Notes: generated by a model from the sequence alone, not told the origin. Shown: positions 16,769 to 26,888, numbered from the stretch's first letter. The stretch is DNA of 59,237 bases from Candidatus Bathyarchaeia archaeon (GCA_049521795.1 JBEKOM010000012.1:1-59237); one strand, 5' to 3'. Numbers and translations: made by a program.

Positions 16769-17626
16769 ATGAAAAAGGCAATAACCGGAATTATGCTTGC
16801 AATAATGGCAATGAGCGTCTTCAGCTTCGTTCCGAATTTTGCTAATGCGGATTTCCAATCTCAGGGCACATGGGTTCGAATGAATGGATATATCACCCAA
16901 TGGAACACGACCGACGGAAACTCGACTAGAACTTTCGGTTGGATCATAGCCAACGCTGCAATAGTAAACAAGAATGGAACAACTCACGAGTGGGCTACGG
17001 CGTACGCAACTTGGTCGGACATCTTGCGCGCGTACCCGATGGGTGAACATGCACTGGGCGACGTCAACGTCAGCGACATGATCATGGGTAACTTTTCCTA
17101 CACGTTCTCCTTCTACACTGCAAGGTTACTCAACGTTTCTGACTTAAGCTTTAACAAGACAGAGACAGGTCACGACTTCTACTTGGCAGGCATTTGGAAC
17201 GTCACGCAAAGAACAGAGACAATCAACATAACATGGAGCGACCCGACAACCAACGTGCCATGGGGAGACCATATGAGACAGATAACAATCACATGGACGG
17301 ATACCCCTGTGGCTATCAACGCAAACGGTATACTCGTTGCCGACTGGGGAAGCCCGTACGGATGGGTAGGAAAATTCGTGCTCAGCATTGACGGCGTAGG
17401 AACTCTCAGCGGCTTCGCATGGAAAAGCATCATCTGGACCAGGGAACTGAACATATGTGACTTAAGCGAGCGCGGCAAAGTTGACATAAACGATCTCGTG
17501 AAGGTTGCCAAGCACTACGGTGAGGCACCAGGGTTCGGCAACTACGACCCCAGCTTAGACGTAAACGGCGAGGGCCAAATCGGAATAGGCGACCTAACAA
17601 CGATTGCAGCAAACATACAGGGCTAG
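16769..17626 (+). CDS. secreted protein with unknown beta-rich domain and C-terminal dockerin
   Basis: MKKAITG...ANA signal peptide; DLSERGKVDINDL and DVNGEGQIGIGDL paired Ca-loop motifs. Confidence 0.85.
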   Translation: MKKAITGIMLAIMAMSVFSFVPNFANADFQSQGTWVRMNGYITQWNTTDGNSTRTFGWIIANAAIVNKNGTTHEWATAYATWSDILRAYPMGEHALGDVNVSDMIMGNFSYTFSFYTARLLNVSDLSFNKTETGHDFYLAGIWNVTQRTETINITWSDPTTNVPWGDHMRQITITWTDTPVAINANGILVADWGSPYGWVGKFVLSIDGVGTLSGFAWKSIIWTRELNICDLSERGKVDINDLVKVAKHYGEAPGFGNYDPSLDVNGEGQIGIGDLTTIAANIQG

Positions 17627-17636
17627 GCTCTAAACC

Positions 17637-17654
17637 ATTTCCTCTTCTTTTTTT
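17637..17654 (+). terminator. pyrimidine/oligo-T terminator
   Basis: TTTCCTCTTCTTTTTTT tract just after the stop codon. Confidence 0.5.
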
Positions 17655-17716
17655 CGAGAACAACGTAAATTAGCCGCGACTATACATTGGTTTTATACGG
17701 GAGCTGCAGCGGCGCC

Positions 17717-19075
17717 ATGAAAAAAGGCAGGTTTGAAGAATACATCTGTCTTGTCTTGTGCGTTTCCTTGTCTGTGTTGCCGGTTTCCGTGTTTGAAGCA
17801 TCGGCTCAGACAGGTTCCGCAACAGTCGCTGTGTCTCCTCCGTCCATAAATGCCAACGTCGGTCAAAACTTCAGTGTAAACGTCACAGTCGCGAACGCAT
17901 CAGACCCTTACGGCGTCTACGGTTGGGAGTTCACGCTCAATTGGACCGCGTCCTTGCTCGACTTAGTTGACGTGACCGAAGGCCCGTTCTTGAAGGCCGG
18001 CGGCCCCACATTTTTCACGTATAATAACAGCACGGAAGGGCACGTGATCGTGGACTGCACGCTTGAAGGACCAATTCAGGGAGTAAGTGGCGACGGAATA
18101 TTGGCCACATTAACCTTCAACGTGAAGGGCGCAGGCCAATCTTCTTTAGATCTGTACAGCGCAACACTTGTGAACGGCGACCCTAATAATCCCACGGATA
18201 TTCCATGTCAGGTTGTGGGCGGTCATGCCTACTTCAGCTCTCCGCATGATGTGGCAGTCAATGATGTTGAAGTGTCGCCCACCACAGTGCCAATCGGAAC
18301 TCTCGTGGGCATCAACGTCACGGTTCGGAACCTAGGCGGTTTCGACGAGGACTTTAACGTAACCGTTTACGCTAACTCGCAGGTCATCGGAGTGCAATCT
18401 GTCCTGTTGACTGTCGGCTCTTCAGCAAATCTTACCTTTACTTGGAACACGGCCAGTTTTGGAAAAGGAGACTACAACATCTCCGCTTCGGTAACCCTTG
18501 CTCCCGGAGAAGTGAACACGGGAAACAACACTGGAACAGCAAATACGCAGGTGACTTTACTTATCCTGGGTCATGATGTGGCCGTGGTCAGCGTGAAACC
18601 GATAAAAACTGCGGTAGGCCAGAGCTACAACATGAGCATTGAAGTCACCGTTAAGAACTACGGAGTGTTCAGTGAAACATTCAACGTCACAGCTTACGCC
18701 AACACGACAATCGTTGGAAAGCAGACTGTAAATCTCACAAGCGGTGCAAAAGCAGACCTTCTCTTCGTGAAAAGCACTATGAGCATGATAAAGGGTAAGT
18801 ACAACGTGAGCGCGACGGCTGACCCTGTTCCAGGAGAAACAAATCTGTCTGATAACAGCGGTGTTGGCGGCTGGGTTGTAGTTGCAATTCCAGGTGACTT
18901 GAACGCGGATGGAATCGTCAACATCCTTGATGCAGTACTGTTATCCAATGCTTTCTTCTCCGTGCCAGGCACATCAAACTGGAACGCTAACGCAGACATA
19001 AACGGAGACAACGTAGTAAACATCCTTGACGCCATCGCACTAGCAAACAACTTCGGGCAGACAAGCGTGTACTAG
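17717..19075 (+). CDS. secreted cohesin + two CARDB-like + dockerin protein
   Basis: Cohesin (VYGWEFTL.W...EGPFL...GVSGDGILATLTF); two HDVAV...N.G...F.VT.YAN...PGE.N..N repeats; GDLNADGIVNILD and ADINGDNVVNILD dockerin loops. Confidence 0.9.
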   Translation: MKKGRFEEYICLVLCVSLSVLPVSVFEASAQTGSATVAVSPPSINANVGQNFSVNVTVANASDPYGVYGWEFTLNWTASLLDLVDVTEGPFLKAGGPTFFTYNNSTEGHVIVDCTLEGPIQGVSGDGILATLTFNVKGAGQSSLDLYSATLVNGDPNNPTDIPCQVVGGHAYFSSPHDVAVNDVEVSPTTVPIGTLVGINVTVRNLGGFDEDFNVTVYANSQVIGVQSVLLTVGSSANLTFTWNTASFGKGDYNISASVTLAPGEVNTGNNTGTANTQVTLLILGHDVAVVSVKPIKTAVGQSYNMSIEVTVKNYGVFSETFNVTAYANTTIVGKQTVNLTSGAKADLLFVKSTMSMIKGKYNVSATADPVPGETNLSDNSGVGGWVVVAIPGDLNADGIVNILDAVLLSNAFFSVPGTSNWNANADINGDNVVNILDAIALANNFGQTSVY

Positions 19076-19171
19076 GAAATCAAAGAGTCTAAGTGCTGTT
19101 GGAACACCGATATTCTTAAATAAAATACGGTTTATCTCTAGGTAGCTTCACTCAATGATGGATGACGACGA

Positions 19172-19654
19172 ATGTCAGAGGAGTTCAGGTATAGGCTTAG
19201 AATCATAGACGCTGACGTTGATGGCATGTTGAAAACGTCTTACGCGCTGTCAAAAATCAAAGGGATCAGTCTGAGTCTGGGAAACGCTATTCTGAAGAAG
19301 GCAGGAATAAACCCGAACAAGAGAGCGGGTTTTCTGACGGAAACAGACATAGATACGTTGGAAGAGATCATCAAAGACCCCGCAGCGCACGGTTTGCCAA
19401 GCTGGCTTTTGAACAGAAGAAAAGACGCGGAAACCGGAAAGGATGGACATTTGATCAGCGCCGGACTTGTTCTGAGGACCAAAATGGACATAGACCAGAT
19501 GAAGTCCATAAAGTCTTGGCGGGGATACAGACATGCTTACGGGCTGAAAGTGCGGGGTCAGAGAACCAAGACCACTGGCAGGGCAGGTAAGGCTCTCGGG
19601 GTCAAGAAGAAAACGCTCATGCAAAGGCCGGGCGCTGCGGAGAGTAAGAAGTAA
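19172..19654 (+). CDS. rps13: 30S ribosomal protein S13 (uS13)
   Basis: LNRRKD, SWRGYRH..GLKVRGQRTKTTGR. Confidence 0.98.
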   Translation: MSEEFRYRLRIIDADVDGMLKTSYALSKIKGISLSLGNAILKKAGINPNKRAGFLTETDIDTLEEIIKDPAAHGLPSWLLNRRKDAETGKDGHLISAGLVLRTKMDIDQMKSIKSWRGYRHAYGLKVRGQRTKTTGRAGKALGVKKKTLMQRPGAAESKK

Positions 19655-20229
19655 TGGGCGACCCTAGGAAGCAGAGAAAGAAGTACGAGACTCCGCGATT
19701 TCCATGGCGAACAGACATAATGCAGGAAGAGCTCAAGCTAATCGGCCAGTTCGGTTTGAGAAACAAGCATGAACTTTGGCGGCAAGAAACGATGTTGTCT
19801 ACGTTCAGGGGCACGGCACGCTCGCTCATAGGCAAGACGCCTGAGGAACGCAAGAAAATGGAAGAAGAACTCTTAACCCGTTTGAAGAGACTGGGCATTC
19901 TTGCTGAAACGGCAGTCTTGGACGACGTTCTGGACATGACGATAGAAGACATCCTTGAACGAAGACTGCAAACGATCGTCCTGCGTAAGGGCCTAGCAAA
20001 GACGATTCAACAATCCCGTCAACTTATTACTCATGGGCACGTAACGATAGGGGACCAGAGGGTTAAGATACCTGGGCACATGGTGACGAAGCCTGAAGAG
20101 GGTCAAATAGGCTATAAGGCTCAAAGCTCTCTTGTAAATCCAAGCCACCCTTTGCGCCAGACAATAACTGTGGCGCCCCAGTCACAGGGTAGCCGCGAGA
20201 AGGCGGGAGGGGAGGGAGAGAATATTTGA
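19654..20229 (+). CDS. rps4: 30S ribosomal protein S4 (uS4)
   Basis: [31 protein letters not shown]. Confidence 0.98.
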   Translation: MGDPRKQRKKYETPRFPWRTDIMQEELKLIGQFGLRNKHELWRQETMLSTFRGTARSLIGKTPEERKKMEEELLTRLKRLGILAETAVLDDVLDMTIEDILERRLQTIVLRKGLAKTIQQSRQLITHGHVTIGDQRVKIPGHMVTKPEEGQIGYKAQSSLVNPSHPLRQTITVAPQSQGSREKAGGEGENI

Positions 20230-20627
20230 GCTCCAGCAAGAAGACCGAAAGGTGGGCGGTTGTTCACATTTTCAGCTCATATAACAACACGATAATCCAC
20301 ATGACCGACCTCTCTGGTGCAGAAACAATAGCCAGAACGTCTGGAGGCATGGTTGTGAAAGCCTCCAGGATGGAATCTTCGCCGTACGCTGCGATGCGTG
20401 CAGCTTCACTGGTGGCCGACGCGGCCAAGGACAAGGGCATAACCGCGATACACATCAGGGTGAGAGCTCCGGGAGGCGCGGGTCCAAGAACGCCTGGACC
20501 AGGCGCTCAGGCAGCTATCCGCGCGCTGGCAAGAGCGGGCTTCCGGATAGAACGGATTGAAGAGGTTACACCTATCCCGCATGATGGCACGAGGAGGCCA
20601 GGCGGCAGAAGGGGAAGAAGAGTCTAA
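20226..20627 (+). CDS. rps11: 30S ribosomal protein S11 (uS11)
   Basis: [43 protein letters not shown]. Confidence 0.98.
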   Translation: MSSSKKTERWAVVHIFSSYNNTIIHMTDLSGAETIARTSGGMVVKASRMESSPYAAMRAASLVADAAKDKGITAIHIRVRAPGGAGPRTPGPGAQAAIRALARAGFRIERIEEVTPIPHDGTRRPGGRRGRRV

Positions 20628-20732
20628 GAGGTTCCTCCTGTTCTTCTTCTGACAGAAAAATTGAAATAATGCACCAATGTCTTATTGAACGGCACGCTGG
20701 TTAGCATAGTCCGTTATGGAGTGTCCAAGCAA

Positions 20733-21554
20733 GTGGAAATAAAGGTGCTCAAGAAAGGCGAAGACAATCTGCGCCTGCTCATTCGAGGAGTGAACGTTCC
20801 GTACGTTAACGCTCTGAGAAGGATAGTGCTCTCAGAGGTGCCATGCATGGCCATAGACGAAATCGTGATGGTCGAGAACTCCTCGATACTTCAAGATGAG
20901 ATCATAGCCCACAGACTTGGGCTTATCCCTCTTAAAACCGACTTGGACAGTTATAACCTGCCTGAAGAATGTCCCTGCAAAAGCGAATTTGGATGCAACC
21001 TCTGCAGGGTAACACTTGCTCTTGACGTCGAAGCAAAGGATGGGTCTAGGACAATCTATTCAGGCGACCTTAAATCAGAGAGCGAATCGGTTGTGGCCGT
21101 GAGCGACAAAATTCCAATAGTCAAACTGGCCAAAGAGCAGAAACTAAGGCTTGAGGCCTACGCCAGACTTGGGAAAGGAAGAAATCACGCAAAGTGGCAG
21201 CCAGTTTCAATGTGCGCATACAAGTACCTCCCCAAGATCACGATAAGCAAGAACTGCAGTGTCTGTGGAAAATGCGTGGAAATGTGTCCAAAAAAGGTCT
21301 TGGTCAAGACTGACAACAGAATTGAAGTTCGCGACCTGATGGCTTGCACACTTTGTCAAGACTGCGCTGAAGCTTGCCCAGAGAAGCCGCGCGCAATAAC
21401 TGTTTCTGGAGAAGAAGATGCCTACATATTCAGTCTCGAGTCCACACAGGCGCTTTCTCCTGAACGAATCATCACGGAGGCCGTCAAGACACTGGACAAG
21501 CAGCTGAAGGAGCTTGAGACTCAAATCAAGGTGAAAAAGAGTGAAGAAGATTAA
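20733..21554 (+). CDS. rpoD: RNA polymerase subunit D (Rpo3) with ferredoxin-like insert
   Basis: NALRR..LSEVP.MAID, IAHRLGLIPL, HAKWQP; GTG start inferred. Confidence 0.97.
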   Translation: MEIKVLKKGEDNLRLLIRGVNVPYVNALRRIVLSEVPCMAIDEIVMVENSSILQDEIIAHRLGLIPLKTDLDSYNLPEECPCKSEFGCNLCRVTLALDVEAKDGSRTIYSGDLKSESESVVAVSDKIPIVKLAKEQKLRLEAYARLGKGRNHAKWQPVSMCAYKYLPKITISKNCSVCGKCVEMCPKKVLVKTDNRIEVRDLMACTLCQDCAEACPEKPRAITVSGEEDAYIFSLESTQALSPERIITEAVKTLDKQLKELETQIKVKKSEED

Positions 21555-21903
21555 GGCTACAAACCCAGAACTCTTGGAAGTCATCAATTTCCTCAAGAAG
21601 CAACGCAGAGAAAAAGATGCTGAGATCTGGTGGACCATTGCTGAACGTCTTGCCAAGCCAAGAAAAAGAGGCGTCGTCGTGAACCTGAGCCGCTTGAACA
21701 GGTTCACGCGCAGAAGCGAGACAGTTGCCGTTGCTGGCAAGGTGCTGGCCACGGGCAAACTAAGCCATCCTGTAACGGTAGCAGCGTTTGCGTTCTCTGC
21801 AAGGGCAAGGGAAAAGATAGCGGCTGCGAGGGGGAAGTCTTTGTCTTTCTTCGACCTTATCAAGAAAAACCCTAAGGGGTCAAACGTCAAGATTATTGGG
21901 TGA
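21541..21903 (+). CDS. rpl18e: 50S ribosomal protein L18e
   Basis: TNP, VNLSRLNR, GKVL..G, AAF.FS, NPKGS. Confidence 0.96.
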   Translation: MKKIKATNPELLEVINFLKKQRREKDAEIWWTIAERLAKPRKRGVVVNLSRLNRFTRRSETVAVAGKVLATGKLSHPVTVAAFAFSARAREKIAAARGKSLSFFDLIKKNPKGSNVKIIG

Positions 21904-21907
21904 AAAC

Positions 21908-22351
21908 ATGGAGACAACTACTAAACCTGTCACGGTAGTTAATGCTGACGGGCTTATACTGGGCAGAATGGCAAGCAAAATTGCCAAACGCCTGTTGACC
22001 GGTGAGGAAATAGTCATTGTGAACGCTGAGAAAGCAGTGATGTCCGGAAGACAGAGAAGCAAAGTAGCCGAAGCCAAAGAGTTTCTGGAGGTGGGAGGCG
22101 TTAACCGGGGACCATTCCACTACAGACGACCTGACAGAATAGTCAGAAAGACCGTTGGAGGCATGATACCGTCAAAGAAAGCTAAGGGAAAACAAGCGTA
22201 CAAACGGCTGAGAGTGTTCATAGGAATTCCGGACGACCTCAAAAACCAGAAGATGGAAACCGTGGCGGAAGCTCAGGCAAAAAAGCTAACATGCCCATGC
22301 TTCACAGTCGGCGAGTTGGCGAAACGAATAGGGTGGAACCAGGGTGAATAA
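21908..22351 (+). CDS. rpl13: 50S ribosomal protein L13 (uL13)
   Basis: ILGRMAS.IAK.LL.G, VNAEK, GP...RRPD.I. Confidence 0.97.
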   Translation: METTTKPVTVVNADGLILGRMASKIAKRLLTGEEIVIVNAEKAVMSGRQRSKVAEAKEFLEVGGVNRGPFHYRRPDRIVRKTVGGMIPSKKAKGKQAYKRLRVFIGIPDDLKNQKMETVAEAQAKKLTCPCFTVGELAKRIGWNQGE

Positions 22352-22353
22352 GA

Positions 22354-22764
22354 GTGCCTGTTAAGAAAACTCTCGTCGTGAGCGGAAAGAGAAAAACAGC
22401 CCTTTCACGCGCAGTCGTGAGACCCGGGGTTGGAAGAGTCTACGTAAACCGAATCCCCTTGGAGATTTTTGAACCCGAAATCGCACGTGAGAAGATGATG
22501 GAACCCCTCGTGCAGGCTGGAGATGAGATTTGGAAACAGCTGGACTTGGACGTGAAAACCTCGGGGGGAGGTTACATGGGTCAGGCAGAGGCCGCCCGAA
22601 CGGCCATCGCTAACGCGATATTGAAGTGGACTAAGAGCACTCATTTGCGGACTGTTTTCGCGGAATACGACAGAACAATGATTGCAGGAGACTCCAGGAA
22701 GAAAGAGCCTAAAAAATTCGGCGGATCAGGCGCTCGGGCGAGAGACCAAAAGAGCTACCGGTAA
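22354..22764 (+). CDS. rps9: 30S ribosomal protein S9 (uS9)
   Basis: SGKRKTA, GGG.MGQAEA, KKFGG.GAR...QKSYR. Confidence 0.98.
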   Translation: MPVKKTLVVSGKRKTALSRAVVRPGVGRVYVNRIPLEIFEPEIAREKMMEPLVQAGDEIWKQLDLDVKTSGGGYMGQAEAARTAIANAILKWTKSTHLRTVFAEYDRTMIAGDSRKKEPKKFGGSGARARDQKSYR

Positions 22765-22779
22765 AGAGGTTGAACCTGG

Positions 22780-23010
22780 TTGATCATCCCTGTAAGATGT
22801 TTCACCTGTGGCAAACTGATCGGGGACAAATGGGAAGAATTTGCCAGAAGAGTCAAAGCGGGTGAGAACGCGGGTGAAGTGCTGGACAACCTGGGAGTAA
22901 CACGCTACTGCTGCAGGCGCATGCTACTTTCGCACGTGGAGATTTTGGACGAAGTCCTGCGCTTTTATGAAGAAGCTGAGAAACGAAAAGAGGCAAGAAA
23001 CATTTACTGA
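22780..23010 (+). CDS. rpoN: RNA polymerase subunit N (Rpo10)
   Basis: [12 protein letters not shown]...RYCCRRM. Confidence 0.98.
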   Translation: MIIPVRCFTCGKLIGDKWEEFARRVKAGENAGEVLDNLGVTRYCCRRMLLSHVEILDEVLRFYEEAEKRKEARNIY

Positions 23011-23030
23011 GGACAATCGAGGAAAAAGCA

Positions 23031-24293
23031 ATGGCAGCTGTGATTGAGGATGTCATAGCAAGAAAAGTCTTCAACAACCGAGGAGAAGAAACGATAGAAG
23101 TTGACATAATAACCGCTTCAGGCTTCGGCAGAGTCGCAGCGCCCGCTGGAAAGAGCCGTGGAAAAGCGGAGGTCGTCTACTATCCGCAAGGCGGGGTTGA
23201 ACAGGCAATAAAAAGGGTTGACGAACTTGTTGCCCCAGAGATCATAGGGTTAAACGCAGATTGCCAAGAAGAAATCGACAACACACTGCACGAAATCGAC
23301 GGCTCAAAAGACTTCAGGTCGATCGGCGGCAATGCTGCTTTCGCAGTTTCACTGGCCAGTGCCGAAGCAGCCGCAAACTCCAGCGGACTCCTCCTCTTCC
23401 GATACTTAGGCGGACACGTTGCCTGCGAACTTCCATATCCATTGGGAAACATTCTAAGCGGCGGACAACACACGCGCGGAAAAAGTCCGGACATTCAAGA
23501 GTTTCTGGTGATTTCTCACGGAGCTGAGTCCTTCTTGGAAGCTGCTACAGCAAACGTTCAGGTTCACAAGAAAGTCGGCGAAATGCTGAGCAAGAAGGAC
23601 AAGCTTTTCACCGGCGGAAGAAGTGATGAGGGAGCTTGGGCCGCCAACATAGGAGACGAGGAAGCATTCGAGGTTTTGACCCAAGCCTGTGAGGAAATAG
23701 GCAGCGAACTGGGTTTCGTTTGCAGCATGGGCGTCGATTTTGCATCGTCTTCCCTCTGGAACGGCAAAGAGAAAAAATACAACTACGAAAGGGAAAAGAA
23801 GAAGCGCGATTCAGGCGAACAGTTGGAATTTGTTCTCGAACTGACCAAGAAGTATCACATGGTCTACGTTGAAGACCCTTTTCACGAGGAAGATTTCAGC
23901 AGCTTTGCAGAACTCACGAAGAAGATCAAGGGCTGCTTGGTCTGTGGAGACGACCTTTTCACGACAAACAGTGAAAGGCTTAACCGTGGGATAAAGATGC
24001 ACGCGGCAAACGCGATCATAATAAAGGTGAACCAAGTGGGAACTCTCTCTGACGCTTGGGAAACGATTGAAACGGCAAAAAGACACGCGTACGTTCCAGT
24101 GATGTCCCACCGTTCGGGTGACACGTGCGATTGGCACATAGCCCAACTGGCCGTGGCTTACAAGTGTCCAGTGATAAAGGCTGGAGTCGTCGAGGCTGCG
24201 CGCACGGCAAAGATAAACGAGCTGATACGGATCGAGGAGTTCCTCGGAGACAGAGCTAGAATGGCGGATCTCGAAGTTTTGAAGAGAGGATGA
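23031..24293 (+). CDS. eno: enolase
   Basis: GG.H, QEF, DEGAW, EDPF, GDDL, KVNQVG, SHRSG catalytic motifs. Confidence 0.96.
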   Translation: MAAVIEDVIARKVFNNRGEETIEVDIITASGFGRVAAPAGKSRGKAEVVYYPQGGVEQAIKRVDELVAPEIIGLNADCQEEIDNTLHEIDGSKDFRSIGGNAAFAVSLASAEAAANSSGLLLFRYLGGHVACELPYPLGNILSGGQHTRGKSPDIQEFLVISHGAESFLEAATANVQVHKKVGEMLSKKDKLFTGGRSDEGAWAANIGDEEAFEVLTQACEEIGSELGFVCSMGVDFASSSLWNGKEKKYNYEREKKKRDSGEQLEFVLELTKKYHMVYVEDPFHEEDFSSFAELTKKIKGCLVCGDDLFTTNSERLNRGIKMHAANAIIIKVNQVGTLSDAWETIETAKRHAYVPVMSHRSGDTCDWHIAQLAVAYKCPVIKAGVVEAARTAKINELIRIEEFLGDRARMADLEVLKRG

Positions 24294-25039
24294 AAGGTTT
24301 GTCAGAAGACGAAGAAATCAAAGAAGGAAACGAAGAAGAAGAAAAGCAGGACGAGACGAAGGAAGAAGTAAAACCTGCAGAGAACACGGAAGCAGCAGGG
24401 ACAACCGAGGCGGTTGCCCCTGAAGAAGAGCTTCTTCTGCCGCAGGATACCTTGCTGTCTGCTGGGATACACATCGGGACAAGAATGAAAACAGGAGACA
24501 TGGAACAATTCATATACCGCGTGAGGCCCGATGGACTTTTCGTGCTGGATGTCAAGAAGACAGATGATCGAATACGTGTGGCAGCTAAATTCCTAGCTCG
24601 GTTCGAGCCTGCAAAAATCGCTGCGGTGGCAGCTAGGCTTTACGCACAAGAGCCTGTTACCAAGTTCTGTCGGGCCACAGGAGCAACTGCCGTGGTTGGA
24701 AGGTTCATTCCTGGCCTCTTATCAAACCCGCTGTATCCTAACCGCATCGAACCGGACGTGTTGATAGTGTCCGACCCGCGGGCAGATATTCAGGCAGTCA
24801 AGGAAGCGTCCACCGTCGGCATACCGGTCGTGGCCTTGTGCAGCACGGACAACGAGTTTGTGGGGGTCGACTTTGTTGTTCCCACAAACAACAAGGGTAG
24901 GCGAGCCTTGGCCGTCATCTACTGGCTCCTGGCAAGGCAGGTGTTGAGGGAGCGCGGTGAACTTGCCGCAGACAAGGACTTACCTCTTACGATTGATGAT
25001 TTTGAAGCCAAGATCACGAGGGAGGAGGAGGAACCCTAA
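24290..25039 (+). CDS. rps2: 30S ribosomal protein S2 (uS2), acidic N-terminal extension
   Basis: AGIHIGT, RPDGL, GRFIPG, PTNNKGRRALA. Confidence 0.98.
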   Translation: MKGLSEDEEIKEGNEEEEKQDETKEEVKPAENTEAAGTTEAVAPEEELLLPQDTLLSAGIHIGTRMKTGDMEQFIYRVRPDGLFVLDVKKTDDRIRVAAKFLARFEPAKIAAVAARLYAQEPVTKFCRATGATAVVGRFIPGLLSNPLYPNRIEPDVLIVSDPRADIQAVKEASTVGIPVVALCSTDNEFVGVDFVVPTNNKGRRALAVIYWLLARQVLRERGELAADKDLPLTIDDFEAKITREEEEP

Positions 25040-25043
25040 AAGG

Positions 25044-25895
25044 ATGGTTGGGGTTCGGCGTCCATGCCAAGCCGGAGCCTTCTACGAGGCGAAGGCTGAA
25101 CCGCTGAGGCGCCAGATAGAAGCGTGCTTCCTCAACAGGCTTGGGCCCAGAGAGCTTCCAAAAGTTGTAACGCCTGGGCCTAGGCGAGTTGTAGGCCTCA
25201 TATGTCCGCACGCTGGTTACATGTTTTCAGGCCCCGTTGCCGCTCACGCCTATTATCGTCTGTCTGTTGACGGCAAACCGGACGTTGTGTTCCTGTTGGG
25301 ACCAAACCACACAGGAGTGGGAAGCGGCTTAGCCATCGTAAACGAGGGTTCTTGGCGCACGCCGCTGGGCGACGTTGAAGTCGACGGTGAAGCGGCCGAT
25401 CAAGTTATACGAGATTCTCGCATCATTGATGTCGATGCTTCTGCTCACAATTATGAACATTCAATCGAGGTTCAGATTCCATTCCTCCAGTATCTTTATC
25501 GCTCAGAATTCAAGATCGTGCCGATCTGCTTCATGATGCAGGACTTATCCTCGGCAAGAGAAGTGGGAGAGGCCGTGGCGAAGGTTGCATCTCAGAAAAA
25601 CGCTGTTATCATAGCTTCTTCGGACATGACTCACTACGAGCCTCAGGAGATCGCTGAAAGAAAGGACAGAAAAGCGCTTGAAGCAGTGGAGGCGATGGAT
25701 GAAGCCCGTTTCATCTCAACCATCGAATCTAATCAAATCAGCGCGTGCGGTGTTGGGCCGATAGCGGCCCTGATACAGGCTGCAAAGGTGTTGGGGGCAA
25801 AAGAGGCAAAATTATTATGCTATAAGACCAGCGGAGATGTGATTGGCGACTACTCAAGCGTCGTGGGGTACGCCGCCGTGTGTTTCACAAAATAG
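25044..25895 (+). CDS. MEMO1 family protein
   Basis: AG.FY, PHAGY.FSG, GPNH, EHSIEVQ.PFLQ, SSDMTHY. Confidence 0.95.
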   Translation: MVGVRRPCQAGAFYEAKAEPLRRQIEACFLNRLGPRELPKVVTPGPRRVVGLICPHAGYMFSGPVAAHAYYRLSVDGKPDVVFLLGPNHTGVGSGLAIVNEGSWRTPLGDVEVDGEAADQVIRDSRIIDVDASAHNYEHSIEVQIPFLQYLYRSEFKIVPICFMMQDLSSAREVGEAVAKVASQKNAVIIASSDMTHYEPQEIAERKDRKALEAVEAMDEARFISTIESNQISACGVGPIAALIQAAKVLGAKEAKLLCYKTSGDVIGDYSSVVGYAAVCFTK

Positions 25896-25904
25896 TGGTC
25901 TAGA

Positions 25905-26888
25905 ATGGGGGTCGTTGCCTCAGCTCCAGCAAAAGTCATACTTTTCGGAGAACACTTCGTAGTCTACGGCGAGCCTGCGATTGTTTTGGCCATAGACAGG
26001 AGAGCCTACGCAACGGTGGACCGCAGCGAGGACAAACGCGTCCACGTCCAGTCGACAAACCTGAACCTGAAAGGTTACTTTGAAGACGGAGTTTTCAAGG
26101 TTGAACAGGGAGACATAAGAGAAGCCAAGTTGAGGTTTGCACCAGTCAAGCTGGCCGTGGAAAAAGTCCTAGCTGCACACAAGAGCGATATCGGTCTGGA
26201 CATCGAGATCAACTCAACCGTCCCTGTTGCAGCTGGTCTTGGGTCCTCTGCCGCAGTGGTGACCGCTGTAACTGCGGCGGCTGCCGCTCTTCTGAGCGTG
26301 AAAATGTCGAAGGAAGACATTTTCCGCGTTGCCCTCGAAGCTGAGAAGCTTGTGCACGGAACACCTTCAGGCGTGGACCCGGCGATAGCCACTTTCGGTG
26401 GGGCCCTGCTGTTTCAAACCGACACAGGGTTCAAGCCTCTTGAAGTCAAAACGGACATTCCCCTGGTCGTCGGAGACACCGGTGTTGAAAGGTCCACGAG
26501 AGTTCAGGTTGAAAAAGTGCGGAACTTGATGGATAACTATCCGCAGATCGCAGAACCTATGAGGAAGGCTGCGCGGGAAATCGTGCTCAGAGCCATAGAT
26601 GCCTTAAGATCGAACGACCTTAAGACTATTGGTGACCTCATGAACATCAATCATGCCCTGCTCTACGGAGTGGGCGTCTCCGATGAATCGCTTGAATGGC
26701 TGATAAACGCGGCGAAAAAATCAGGCGCTCTGGGGGCGAAACTGACTGGAGCCGGCGGAGGCGGATGCATGATTGCCTTGGCCGAAGATGACAAACTTGA
26801 GGATGTCTTACAGGGAATCATGAGGGCTGGAGGCAGACCTTTCAAGGCGAGGAAAACAGACGAGGGAGTAAGGGTTGAGCAGCCTTAG
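25905..26888 (+). CDS. mvk: mevalonate kinase
   Basis: APAKVILFGEHFVVYG, GLGSSAA, HG.PSGVD, KLTGAGGGG. Confidence 0.97.
   Translation: MGVVASAPAKVILFGEHFVVYGEPAIVLAIDRRAYATVDRSEDKRVHVQSTNLNLKGYFEDGVFKVEQGDIREAKLRFAPVKLAVEKVLAAHKSDIGLDIEINSTVPVAAGLGSSAAVVTAVTAAAAALLSVKMSKEDIFRVALEAEKLVHGTPSGVDPAIATFGGALLFQTDTGFKPLEVKTDIPLVVGDTGVERSTRVQVEKVRNLMDNYPQIAEPMRKAAREIVLRAIDALRSNDLKTIGDLMNINHALLYGVGVSDESLEWLINAAKKSGALGAKLTGAGGGGCMIALAEDDKLEDVLQGIMRAGGRPFKARKTDEGVRVEQP

Noticed and set aside
14258-19075. Calling the cohesin-dockerin locus a cellulosome
   Set aside because: No multi-cohesin scaffoldin, CBM or glycoside hydrolase is recognisable in the window.
23010-23031. Absence of rpoK between rpoN and eno
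   Set aside because: Gene order here varies among archaea; rpoK is probably elsewhere.
23031-24293. Enolase as an inactive variant
   Set aside because: Catalytic and metal-binding motifs are all present.
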